Assembly: GCA_028826165.1 (NCBI GenBank)
Contig: JAPDFW010000113.1
Coordinates: 62,001-126,000, forward strand
Direction of reading: 5' to 3'
Source: Anaeramoeba ignava BMAN
Taxonomy: Eukaryota; Protista; Anaeramoebae
Length of the DNA: 64,000 nucleotides
Shown: piece by piece, positions 26,401 through 37,825 of the stretch
How the letters are laid out: every line of letters starts with the position of its first letter
Position numbering within the stretch: the stretch's first letter is position 1
The notes under the pieces: generated by a model
Seen by the model: the letters and a program-made list of their open reading frames with translations, nothing else
Told to the model about the DNA's origin: nothing
Database searches by the model: none
Position numbers and translations under genes: made by a program

Positions 26401-28691
26401 ATTAAATCAAAATCAAATTAAATTAAATATTTAAATTAAATCAAATTAAATTAAATATTTAAATTAAATTAAATTAAATTAAATTAAATTAAATTAAATT
26501 AAATTAAATAATATTTAAATTAAATCAAATTAAATTAAATCAAATTAAATTAAAATTAAATTAAATCAAATTAAATTAAATTAAATTAAATCAAATTAAA
26601 TTAAATTAAATTAAATTAAATCAAATTCAATTAAATTAAATTAAATTAAATTAAAATTAAATTAAATCAAATTAAATTAAATCAAATATTAAAATTAAAT
26701 TAAATCAAATTAAATTAAATTAAATTAAATCAAATTCAAATACAAAAAATTAAATTAAATCAAATTAAATATTTAAATTAAATTAAATCAAATTAAATTA
26801 AATCAAATCAAATTAAATCAAATTAAATTAAATTAAATCAAAATTAAATTAAATATTTAAATTAAATTAAATTAAATCAAATTAAATTAAATTAAATTAA
26901 ATTAAATCAAATTAAATTAAATTAAATTAAATTAAATTAAATTAAATTCAGTTATTTCCAATGGCACAAAAAATTTTATCTATTAATACTTACTTTAAGA
27001 AAAGCAATACCAAATTTACTTCGATTTTTAGCTGGAACATTTCCTTTATTCATTGGATATGCTTGTAAAAATTAATAATCAATTTCTAAATAATAATATT
27101 AAAAAGAAAAAGGAATTATTTTGGAAGATTAATTTGACTAAAAAGAACTAATTGGAATAATTTTCAAAATAAAATATATAAATATTTTAGATATGGGAAC
27201 TCTTTATTTTGGAAATTATTGTGAATATTTTGCTACAATTGATCAAGCTTGTGTTACTTTATTTGCAGTTTTAAATGGTGATGTTGTTAGAGATACTTTT
27301 AATTATCTTTATAGAAAAAATCATGGACTTGCAATATTTGCTCGAATTTATATGTATACTTTTACTTGTTTATTCATTTATGCGTAAGTATTTATTTTAA
27401 TATTTATTTTAATATTTATTTTAATATTTATTTTAATATTTATTTTAATATTTATTTTAATATTTATTTAAATTTATTTTAATTTTTATTTCAATTTTTA
27501 TTTTAATTTTTATTTCAATTTTTATTTCAATTTTTATTTTTAATATTTATTTTTATTCCACTTTTATTCCAATTTTATTTTAATTTTTATTTATTTTAAT
27601 TTATTTTAATATTTATTTTAATATTTATTTTAATATTTATTTTAATATTTATTTTAATATTTATTTTAATATTTATTTTAATATTTATTTTAATATTTAT
27701 TTTTAATTTTTTATTTATTTTTAATATTTATTTTAATATTTATTTTAATATTTATTTTAATATTTATTTTAATATTTATTTTAATATTTATTTTAATATT
27801 TATTTTAATTTTTATTTTAATTTTAATTTTATTTATTTTTATTTTTTAATATTTATTTTTTTATTTCAATTTTTTTAATATTTATTTTAATATTTATTTT
27901 TAATTTTATTTTTATTTTTAATATTTATTCCAAATTTTTATTCCAATATTTATTTTAATATTTATTTTTAATATTTATTTTTAATATTTATTTTAATATT
28001 TATTTTAATATTTATTTTAATTTATTTTAATATTTATTTTAATATTTATTTTAATATTTATTTTAATATTTATTTTAATTTATTTTAATATTTATTTTAA
28101 TATTTATTTTAATTTTTATTCCACTTTTTATTCCACTTTTTATTCCATTCCAATATTTATTTTAATATTTATTTTAATATTTATTTTAATATTTATTTTA
28201 ATATTTATTTTAATATTTATTTCAATATTTATTTTAATATTTATTTTAATATTTATTCCACTTTTTATTCCACTTTTTATTTCACTTTTTATTCCAATAT
28301 TTATTTTAATATTTATTTAAAAAGTTGGTTGAAATTATTTATCACACTTGTTGAATGTGCTTATTCTGCAGTTAAAGAAGCTCAAAAACCAGCTCATCTT
28401 GTTCAAAGAAAAACAATTAAAAAATTAGCATCAAGTGCAAATTTTGGAATTTCTTTCCCACAATCAGAATCTATGGTAACACCATTAACAACACCAGGAC
28501 TTTCAGAAAAATCAAAAGATCAAGAAGAAACACAAACTTCTTTAGATACTTTTTCATTTGATGAAAATGTAATTGAAATTTTATTTAATCCAAATTTTTA
28601 TTTCAAATTTTTATTTCAAATTTTATTTATTTAGGTTTTTGTTGATACTGATGGTGAACTTTCAAATGATGATGATCAAAAATCACAATAA
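23432..28691 (+). CDS. MCOLN: Mucolipin (TRPML) cation channel, multi-exon
   Basis: N-terminal SPWRQWKKYKRIPFKFILHI, GYFQWHKKFYLLILTLRKAIPNLLRF, pore LFAVLNGDVVRDTF, and S6 RIYMYTFTCLFIYAWLKLFITLVECAY. GT-AG introns throughout. Confidence 0.9.
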
Positions 28692-28827
28692 TTTCTTGAA
28701 TTTTTTCTTTTTAAAATAAATGAATTTTTTGATAAAAAAAAACAAGAAAAAAATCAATTTTTTAATTTTGATTTTGATTTTGATTTCAATTTTGATTTTG
28801 ATTTTGATTTTGAATTTGATTTAAATT

Positions 28828-29838
28828 TTAATTTTGATTTTGATTTAAATTTTCATTTTGATTTCGATTTAAATTTTCATTTTGATTTTGATTTTCATTT
28901 AAATTTTCTTGTGAATCTTCTTGTAAATTTTCTTGTAAATTTTCTTGTAAATTTTCTTGTAAATTTTCTTGTAAATTTTCATTTAAATTTTCATTTAAAT
29001 TTTCTTGTAAATTTTCTTGTAAATTTTCTTGTAAATTTTCATTTAAATTTTCTTGTAAATTTTCATTTAAATTTTCTTGTAAATTTTCTTGTAAATTTTC
29101 TTGTAAATTTTCTTGTAAATTAAGATATTTTTCATATAAAAAAAGAGCACAAAGAGTTTTTCCATCAGAAGTTTCTTTCCAAACATCATTTAATTTAAGA
29201 ACACGAATGGAAATAAATTCACCTTCATGATGCAAACCAGTATTTTTTCCATTTAATTGAAGAATAGAAGAAGTAGGAAGAAAATGTTGATAAAGAAACA
29301 AACGAATAAAACCAGAACAAAGATCACAAGAAGGAATAATTCCTTTAAATTTTGATGAATAAAACAAAGAAGTGAGATCAACAAGATCACTTGTTTGAAC
29401 AATTAAACCAGTTTCTTCTTGCATTTCTCTAACAGCAACACTTTTGAATTGATTGGATGATTCAATTAATCCAGCAGGAATTTCAATAAATGATTCCAAA
29501 CCAATTGGTACTCTTGGTTGACTAGTTAAAATTACATATTTATCTTTTTCATCATAAAGAATAACTAAAATTGCTACTGCTCCTCCTCCTCCAAATACTG
29601 TTGTTTCTGTTGTTTCTCCAGTTTTTTTCATTTTTGTTGTTGATTTAAATTTTAAAAATCCAATTCTTGATCCAAAAAAATCAACTGATTCAATAACAAT
29701 TTTTTCAAGTTGAATTATTTCTGATTTTTGTATTTGTTTTATCCATTCAATAAAAAATTCACATTTTTTTAATTCTTCTATATCAATTTTAGTTGTTGAA
29801 TTTATTGGAATAACTTGATTTTGAACAATAATTTCCAT
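28828..29838 (-). CDS. Nudix hydrolase 14-like (ADP-sugar pyrophosphatase) with a (LQEN)n tail
   Basis: VDFFGSRIGFLKF, GGAVAIL, QPRVPIG..FIEIPAG, Nudix box AVREMQEETGL, TGLHHEGEFI and DGKTLCALFLY. Confidence 0.88.
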   Translation of the reverse strand: MEIIVQNQVIPINSTTKIDIEELKKCEFFIEWIKQIQKSEIIQLEKIVIESVDFFGSRIGFLKFKSTTKMKKTGETTETTVFGGGGAVAILVILYDEKDKYVILTSQPRVPIGLESFIEIPAGLIESSNQFKSVAVREMQEETGLIVQTSDLVDLTSLFYSSKFKGIIPSCDLCSGFIRLFLYQHFLPTSSILQLNGKNTGLHHEGEFISIRVLKLNDVWKETSDGKTLCALFLYEKYLNLQENLQENLQENLQENLNENLQENLNENLQENLQENLQENLNENLNENLQENLQENLQENLQENLQEDSQENLNENQNQNENLNRNQNENLNQNQN

Positions 29839-30075
29839 ATAAAAAAAAAATTTAAGAAGAAAAAATTGAGAAAAAAAAAATGAAAAAAAAAATTGAGAAA
29901 AAAAAATTTGTTTTAAATTGTTATTTAATTGAAGAAAAAAAAAAGCAAAACTTCATCCACAATCAAATTCCATTAAATTTCCAGATTTGTTTTCCATAAC
30001 AAACAGAAATTAAATGAAAAAAAATAAGAAGAATTGCTTGAGAAAAAGAAAGAAAAAAGTGAAAAAAAAAAAATT

Positions 30076-33000
30076 TCAATTCTTTTTAAATTGATCCATT
30101 TCTTTTGAATCAAATCCATCCAAAGCTTTTAATTGAAGATCAACCATTTTATCATTTTTTGGAGATGATTTTTGTTGTTGTTGTTGTTGTTGTAGTTGAA
30201 AATTTCGCAAAAATTCTTTTAAATCACGTGATTCAATTGAATGTTTTTTTGATAATTCATTTTTAATTTGTTCATGTAAAAATTTCATTCTTCTTTCTTC
30301 TTCTTGGAAAAAATTATCAAGAGTTATGAATTCGTCCTTTTGATTCTTTTCCAAATCTTGCAAAACGGAATCAACAGATTTTTGGATTGATTTGATTTTT
30401 TGTTCTTGTTTCAAAGAATTTGGCAATAATTTTTTATCGTTTCCATTTTTAGGATCTTGAGATTCAAGAAATTTTTGTTCATCCTGAATGTTAAGTGGAT
30501 TTTGATCATAAAATGAACTAAGATTTGGTGTATTTTTTTTGGCGAGAAGAAATTTGATAAATTCTTGAGTATTCAAAGATTTCCCAGAAAAATTCTTAAA
30601 TTCTTCTGAAACGGTTCTTCTTGGGAAAAATTTATTCGAATCATAAAAATGTGATTCTGTTGTGATTCCATTTAAATCAATATTTGGAATGTTATTTTTA
30701 TTAGGGTTCAAGTTTTCATTTGGATTGAAGTTTGCTCCGATAAAATTCGAATGTGAATATTCTTGAGGTTGATATTTTTTTTGATTTTGATTTTGATTTT
30801 GATTTTGGTTTTGATTTTGATTTTGATTTTGATTTTGATTTTCAATTTGATTTTCATTTTGTTTTTCATTTTGTTTTTGTTTTTGTTTTTCATAAAAATA
30901 TCGATTTTCAGAATTCATTCGATACGATTCAGTCTCACCATCATCACTATTTGATTCCGAATCATCCGTTAAATCTTGTTCAACATCTTGTTCTCCATCT
31001 GGTTCTGATGAAACGTCTGATTCATGCTCTAATTCATAATTTTGGATCAAATCTTTTAATGGATCAAATTTGGATGATTTTTGTCCTAAAATTGTGTCAA
31101 TTAAATCATTTGGTTCTGAATATTGAAGAACTAAATCGCTCTTTAAAAGTTGGTTTTTTCGTTCTTGTTCTTTCAGGAATCGCTGCTTCTTTTCGTTTTC
31201 TTTTTTTTGTCTTTTTTCGTTTTCTTTTCTTTCTCGTTCTTTTCTTTGCTCATATTTTTTTTGTTGTTCAAGCGTTCTTAGTTTTTCTTTTGTGTGATTG
31301 GATTGCTTTTTTTGTAGTTGTTCATCTTGACTTAATTCTTTTTTTAGTTCGCTTTCTTTTTGTTGTTTTGGTTGTTGTTGTTTTTTGATTGAGTTAACTA
31401 ATTAAAAAAAAAAAGGTGAAAAAAAAACTGTCAAAAAAAAATATTTTTTGCGAACTTTTTAAAAAAAAAATTATTTTTTTACCCATTTTTTGTATGTTTG
31501 TTGAGATTTCTTTAGGATCATAATTTGGAATTTGAAGTTCTTCTATCATTTCTTTAGCAACAAGATCAGGTGAATCATTTTGAATATCAAATTCAAATTC
31601 CACTTCATATGGACTATCATTAACAAAAACTTTTAATTTCAAAGAAACTTTTTGACTAACATTATTAATTGAATCAATCAATGAAACTTCACTTAATGCT
31701 TTTGAAAGAGAATTTTTGTGATCATTTTGTAAAATATTCTTTTCAATTTGATTTTGATTTTCTATTTGATTTTCTATTTTATTTTCTATTTGATTTTCTA
31801 TTTGATTTTGATTTTGATTTTGATTTTGATTTTCTATTTGATTTTGATTTTGATTTTGATTTTGATTTTGATTTTGATTTTGATTTTGATTTTGATTTTG
31901 ATTTTGATTTTGATTTTGATTTTCAATTTGATTTTCAATTTGATTTTCAATTTGATTTTGATTTTCAATTTGATTTTCTTGATTATTTTCTTGATTATTT
32001 TCACTTGTTGTTTCATTTGTATCTGATTCTTGTGAATTTTGAGATGAATTTTGAGATGAACTTTGTTTTGGTTGCTGTTGAAGTACTTGAGTAAGAAATG
32101 GATCGTCAGCAAGTTCTTTAGCTGTTGGTCTTTGCTCAATAAGAGAAATACATCTTTTTATAAAATTTGCTGCAAGTGTGTTTTTTAATCTTGATAATGA
32201 TGGTGGAGGTAATTTCTTTTTTACATTTTTAATTTTGAATTTTTAAATTGATTTTAAATTGATTTTGATTTTAAATTGATTTTTTACAAATAATATTTTT
32301 TTAAGTATTTGAGCTCTATTTTCACATTCATAATATGGAGGTTTTGTTTGTATCATTTCTAGAACACACATTCCAAGAGCATAAATATCTATTTTTTCTG
32401 AACATTTATTATCATATAATTCAGGTGACATAAATTCAGGAGTTGCTATTTTGTTTTTGATTTTTTGTTTGGAAATTGATTTAAATTGATTTAAAAATTG
32501 ATTTAGAAATTGATTTAAAAATTGATTTAAAAATTGATTTAAAAATTGATTTAAAAATTGATTTAAAAATTAATTTAAAAATTGATTTAAAAATTGATTT
32601 AAAAATTGATTTAAAAATTGATTTAAAATTGATTTAGAAATTGATTTAAAATTGATTTAAAAATTGATTTAAAAATTAATTTAAAAATTGATTTAAAAAT
32701 TGATTTAGAAATTGATTTAAAAATTGATTTAAAAATTGATTTAAAAATTAATTTAAAAATTGATTTAAAAATTGATTTAAAAATTGATTTAAAAATTGAT
32801 TTAAAAATTGATTTAAAAATTGATTTAAAAATTAATTGATTTAAAAATTGATTTAAAAATTGATTTAAAAATTGATTTAAAAATTGATTTAAAATTGATT
32901 TAAAAATTGATTTAAAATTGATTTAAAAAATTGATTTAAAAATTGATTTAAAATTGATTTAAAAATTGATTTAAAAATTAAAATTGATAGAAATTGATTT

Positions 33001-34070
33001 AAAAATTGATTTAAAAATTGATTAATTTAAAAATTGATTTAAAAATTGATTTAAAAATTGATTTAAAAATTGATTTAAAAAAATTGATTTAAAAATTGAT
33101 TTAAAAAGATTTAAAAAATTTAAAATTGATTGATTTAAAAATTGATTTTTTAGAAATTGATTTAAAATTGATTTAAAAATTGATTTAAAATTGATTTAAA
33201 AATTGATTTAAAAATTGATTTAAAATTGATTTAAAAATTGATTTAAAAATTGATTTAGAAATTGATTTAAAAATTGATTTAAAAATTGATTTAGAAATTG
33301 ATTTAAAAATTGATTTAAAAATTGATTTAAAAATTGATTTAAAAATTGATTTAAAAATTGATTTAAAAATTGATTTAAAAATTGATTTAAAAATTGAATT
33401 AAAAATTGATTTAAAAATTAATAAACCAATATAATCTTGAGGATGCATTGCTGATAAACCAAGATCACCAATTTTAACAGAGCCATCAGCACCATTAACA
33501 AAAATATGATTAGTAGTCAAATGCATGAAAACAACAGGAGAAGGAAGTTGATGTAAAAAAGCCAAAGCTTCTAAAATTTGTTGAGTCCATTTTTGAATAA
33601 CTCGAAAATCTAAAGTTTTTGCTCTTTTTATATACTTCCTAAGTGTACCTGATTGCATGAATTCTGTTATAAAAACAAGCACCTTTTTCTGTTCATCGTA
33701 CCAACAATCAAAAAGATGTACTATTCTTTTGTGTTGAATTGATTTCATTGAATTTGCTCTTTTTATTAATTTTTTCGCTTTTTTTCGTGTTAGTTTATCC
33801 CTCTTCACTTGTTTCCATGCAACTTCAATACCTTCTTCCTGATCGAGCGCATAATATATTGTTATTTGGTCTGTTTTATAAAGTATTTTTGAGTACTAAC
33901 ATAAAAAGAAGGAATTAATCAAGAAAGAAAGAGAATTTATTTTTTTTAATTGATTTTTTTAATTGATTTTTTTAAATTGATTTTTTTTAATTTGGTTTTG
34001 TTGTCTTTCATACTCTAATGTATTTCCCGTTTGTTTCTACTTTATGAACTGAATCTTTATTATGATTCAT
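30076..34070 (-). CDS. WNK/NRBP-family kinase-like protein (probable pseudokinase) with a CCT/OSR1_C-like domain
   Basis: GKYIRY, ALDQEEGIEVAW, FITEFMQSGTLRKY, IFVNGADGSVKIGDLGL, TPEFMSPELY, DIYALGMCVLEM, PYYECEN and VEFEFDIQNDSPDLVAKEMIEEL. Five exons. Confidence 0.85.
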
Positions 34071-34535
34071 CGTTTATTTTTTTTATTTTTTAATTTGCTT
34101 ATTTTCTTATTGTTTTATTTTTTATTTTTTTATTATTATTTTTTATAAAAGGAAAAATCAAAAAAAAACCAAAAAGAAATCTTATTCGAAAAATTGTTTT
34201 TTTTTTTGGTTTTTGTGTGTGTTTTTTAAAAAGTAAAAAGAAAATGAAAGAAAAAGAAAATGAGAAAAAAAAGATAAAAAAAGATTTAAAAAAAAAAGAA
34301 AAAGAAAATGAAAAAGAAAAATGAAGAAAAAAAAAAATTAAAAAAAAAAAATTTTTTAATTTGAGTTTATTTTGTTCTTTATTTGAAATTGAAAAGTAAA
34401 AAAAAAGTAAATTTTGTTGTTTTTGTTTTTGTTTTTGCTTTCTAAAAGTGGAAAAAAAAATGATCGTCTTTTTTTATCTTTTTTTTTTTTAAATTGAGTT
34501 ATTGAAAAATTTCAAAATTTAATCCTTTGATTTCT

Positions 34536-37519
34536 TTAAATAATGGAACCAGCATTACTTGCAATTTTTGGCCATATTTCAGCACATTCTTTTGCAACTG
34601 GTCCATTAATTGCTGAACCTTTCATTTCTCCTTTTGTTGTAACAATAACTCCTGCATTATCTTCAAAAAATATAAAAAGTCCTTCTCTTCTTCTCCAAGC
34701 TTTTCTTTGTCGAATAACAACAGCAGGATGAACTTAATTTTATTTAAATTTTAATTTTAAATTTTATAAATGAATTTTAATTTAAATTTTATAAATGAAT
34801 TTTAATTTTAATTTTAATTTTAATTTTAATTTTATAAATGAATTTTAATTTAAATTTTAATTTTAAATTTAATTTTAATATTAATTTTGGTAAGATCTTC
34901 AAAATCCTAATTTAGGAGATTTTGCCTAATTTTAAATTGAATAAGAAAAAAATAAGAAAAACACAATAAAAAAATCTAATTCAAAAAATCCTAATTTCTC
35001 CTAATATTTTTTTTTTGACACCATTTTCCCATTGAGTCCTTAAGAAAAAACTCCTAATTTTTTTCAATAAGAAATTAGGAATTTTTGAATATTTTTTTTT
35101 CAACAAATTTTTTTTTAACATGAAAAATTTTACAAAAATAATAACAAAATTAGGAATTCCTAATTTTCGGAATTTTCAAGATGATAATTTCTTTTATTTT
35201 GATTTTTGATAATAAAATGCGATTTTTTCAATTATCACATGTTTGGTGTCTTTGAAAGAAAACTTACCTGACAACTTTTTTAGAATTTTCCTTAAGTCGG
35301 GAAGATTATATTTCCAAATTTCTTGTGGTTGGGCTTTCTTCATAATATTGTTCAAATCAAGAGGATCTAAATTTTTCTTTTGAGAAATTCTGGGTTTGGA
35401 TTAATGATTTTTTTTTGAAGAGAATTGCGTTTTTTTGATAGTGATAATCCAAAAATTCAATTCCTCTTTTTGAATGATTTTTCATCAAAAAAAGAATAAA
35501 AAATTTTTTTTAGTTTTTATTTTGCTGATTAGAAGTATGAGAAGAGTTGATCAAGTTTATGTCAACTTAGTAGTTTTTTTCTGCAAAATAGACAAATTTA
35601 TGAAAAAGATTCAGTAAAAAAAATAGTTTTCTTGTTTAGTTTTGTAGTCTCAGGAATGGGTTTGGGGAATTTATTCCATGAAAAAAAGAATTTAGGAAAA
35701 ATTAGGATTTCTTGTTTCAAAATTTTCGATTGTCATTGTCATTTTCAAAATAAATCAATAAAAAATTAGGCAAAAAACCCTAAATTAGGCAAAATCTCCT
35801 AAATTAGGATTTTGAAGATCTTACCTTAATTTTAATTTTAAATTTAATTTTAATTTTAATATTAATTTTAATTTTGATTTTAATTTTAATTTTAAATTTT
35901 GATTTTAATTTTAATTTTAATTTTAATTTTAATTTTGATTTTAATTTAATTTTAATTTTGATTTTAAATTTAATTTTAATTTTAATTTAAATTTTATAAA
36001 TGAATTTTAATTTTAATTTTAATTTTAATTTTATAAATGAATTTTAATTTTAATTTTAATTTTAATTTTATAAATGAATTTTAATTTTAATTTTAATTTT
36101 AATTTTAATTTTAATTTTAATTTTAATTTTAATTTTAATTTTAATTTAAATTTTAATTTTAAATTTAATTTTAATTTTAATTTTAATTTTAATTTTAATT
36201 TTAATTATAATTTTAATTTTAATTTTAATATTAATTTTAATATTAATTTTATAAATGAATTTTAATTTTAATTTTAATTTTAATTTTAATTTTAATTTTA
36301 ATTTTAATTTTAATTTTAATTTTAATATTATTTAAACTGTTAAAAAATTACCTTTTTTTCTTAATTCAGGTTTTCCTTTTTTAACAGTTGCGAGAACCAT
36401 ATCTCCAACTGATGCTGAAGGTAATCTATTTAATCTACCTTTAACACCTTTAACTGAAATAATATAAAGATTTTTTGCACCTGTATTATCTGCACAATTA
36501 ATAATTGCATTAGAAGGAAGTGCTCTTGTAATTTTATATTTATTTCCTGAATTTAATTTTAATTTAGATTTTAATTTTAATTTTGATTTTAATTTTAATT
36601 TTGATTTTAATTTTAATATTGATTTTAATTTGAATTTGATTTTAATTTTAAATTTTCATTTTAATTTTAATTTTGATTTTAATTTTAATTTTAATTTTAA
36701 TTTTGAATTTTGATTTTGATTTTGATTTTAATTTATTTTTATTTTGATTTTGATTTTGATTTTGATTTTGATTTTGATTTTAATTTTAATTTTAATTTTA
36801 ATTTTGATTTTAATTTTAATTTTAATTTTAATTTTAATTTTGATTTTAATTTTTATTATTTTGATTTTAATATTGATTTTAATTTGAATTTTAATTTTGA
36901 TTTTAATTTTGATTTTAATTTTAATTTTGATTTTGATTTTAATTTTGATTTTCATTTTAATTTTGATTTTAATTTTGATTTTGATTTTGATTTTGATTTT
37001 GATTTTGATTTTAATTTTAATTTTGATTTTAATTTTAATTTTGATTTTGATTTTGATTTTAATTTTGATTTTGATTTTGATTTTGATTTTAATTTTAATT
37101 TTAATTTTAATTATAATTTTTAATTTTGATTTTGATTTTGATTTTGATTTTAATTTTAATTTTGATTTTTATTTTGATTTTAATTTTAATTTTAATTTTA
37201 ATTTTGATTTTGATTTTAATTTTGATTTTGATTTTGATTTTGATTTTAATTTTGATTTTAATTTTAATTTTAATTTTAATTTTAATTTTAATTTTAATTT
37301 TTATTTTGATTTTAATTTTAATTTTAATTTTAATTTTAATTTTAATTTTAATTTTAATTTTGATTTTGATTTTGATTTTGATTTTGATTTTGATTTTAAT
37401 TTTAATTTTGATTTTGATTTTAATTTTGATTTTAATTTTAATTTTGATTTTAATTTTGATTTTAAATAGAATTGTTTATAATATTTACCTGTTGCTCCAC
37501 CTCTACCTCTTTTTGACAT
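34536..37519 (-). CDS. RPL23: 60S ribosomal protein L23 (uL14), 3 exons
   Basis: [11 protein letters not shown]|[64 protein letters not shown]|[15 protein letters not shown]...FEDNAGVIV...[32 protein letters not shown]. Confidence 0.97.
34889..35825. mobile_element. Non-autonomous DNA transposon (MITE-like, Merlin-like termini) in RPL23 intron 2
   Basis: Perfect 44-bp terminal inverted repeats GGTAAGATCTTCAAAATCCTAATTTAGGAGATTTTGCCTAATTT at 34889-34932 and 35782-35825. Flanked by 8-bp TTAATTTT on both sides. Interrupts a (TTTTAA)n tract. No transposase ORF. Confidence 0.85.
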
Positions 37520-37825
37520 GAGCTATAATAAAAATAAAAATAAAAATAAAAATAAAAATAGAAATAGAAATAGAAATTTAAAAAGTTAATTATTTTATTT
37601 TTAATTTTATTAATTTTATTTAATTACAAAATTTATAAAGAAATTGAAAAAGAAAAAAATGAAAAAAAATGAAAAAAAAAATTTTTTTTTTTAATTAAAG
37701 TTTTTTTATTATTTTTTATTTTGCCCAAATTAATAAAAAAAAAAAATAATTAAAAAAAATTTTTTTTCATATAAATTCTTATAGCTAATTTTTAATATTA
37801 TCTTTATTTATTTTTATTTTTATTT

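Noticed and set aside
15053-29838. Secondary-metabolite gene cluster around the NRPS-like gene
   Set aside because: Neighbours are housekeeping genes; there is no PPTase, thioesterase, tailoring enzyme or exporter nearby.
34933-35781. snoRNA or transposase inside the RPL23 intronic element
   Set aside because: There is no ORF of 60 aa or more and no recognisable DDE motif, and I could not identify a convincing C/D or H/ACA arrangement by eye.
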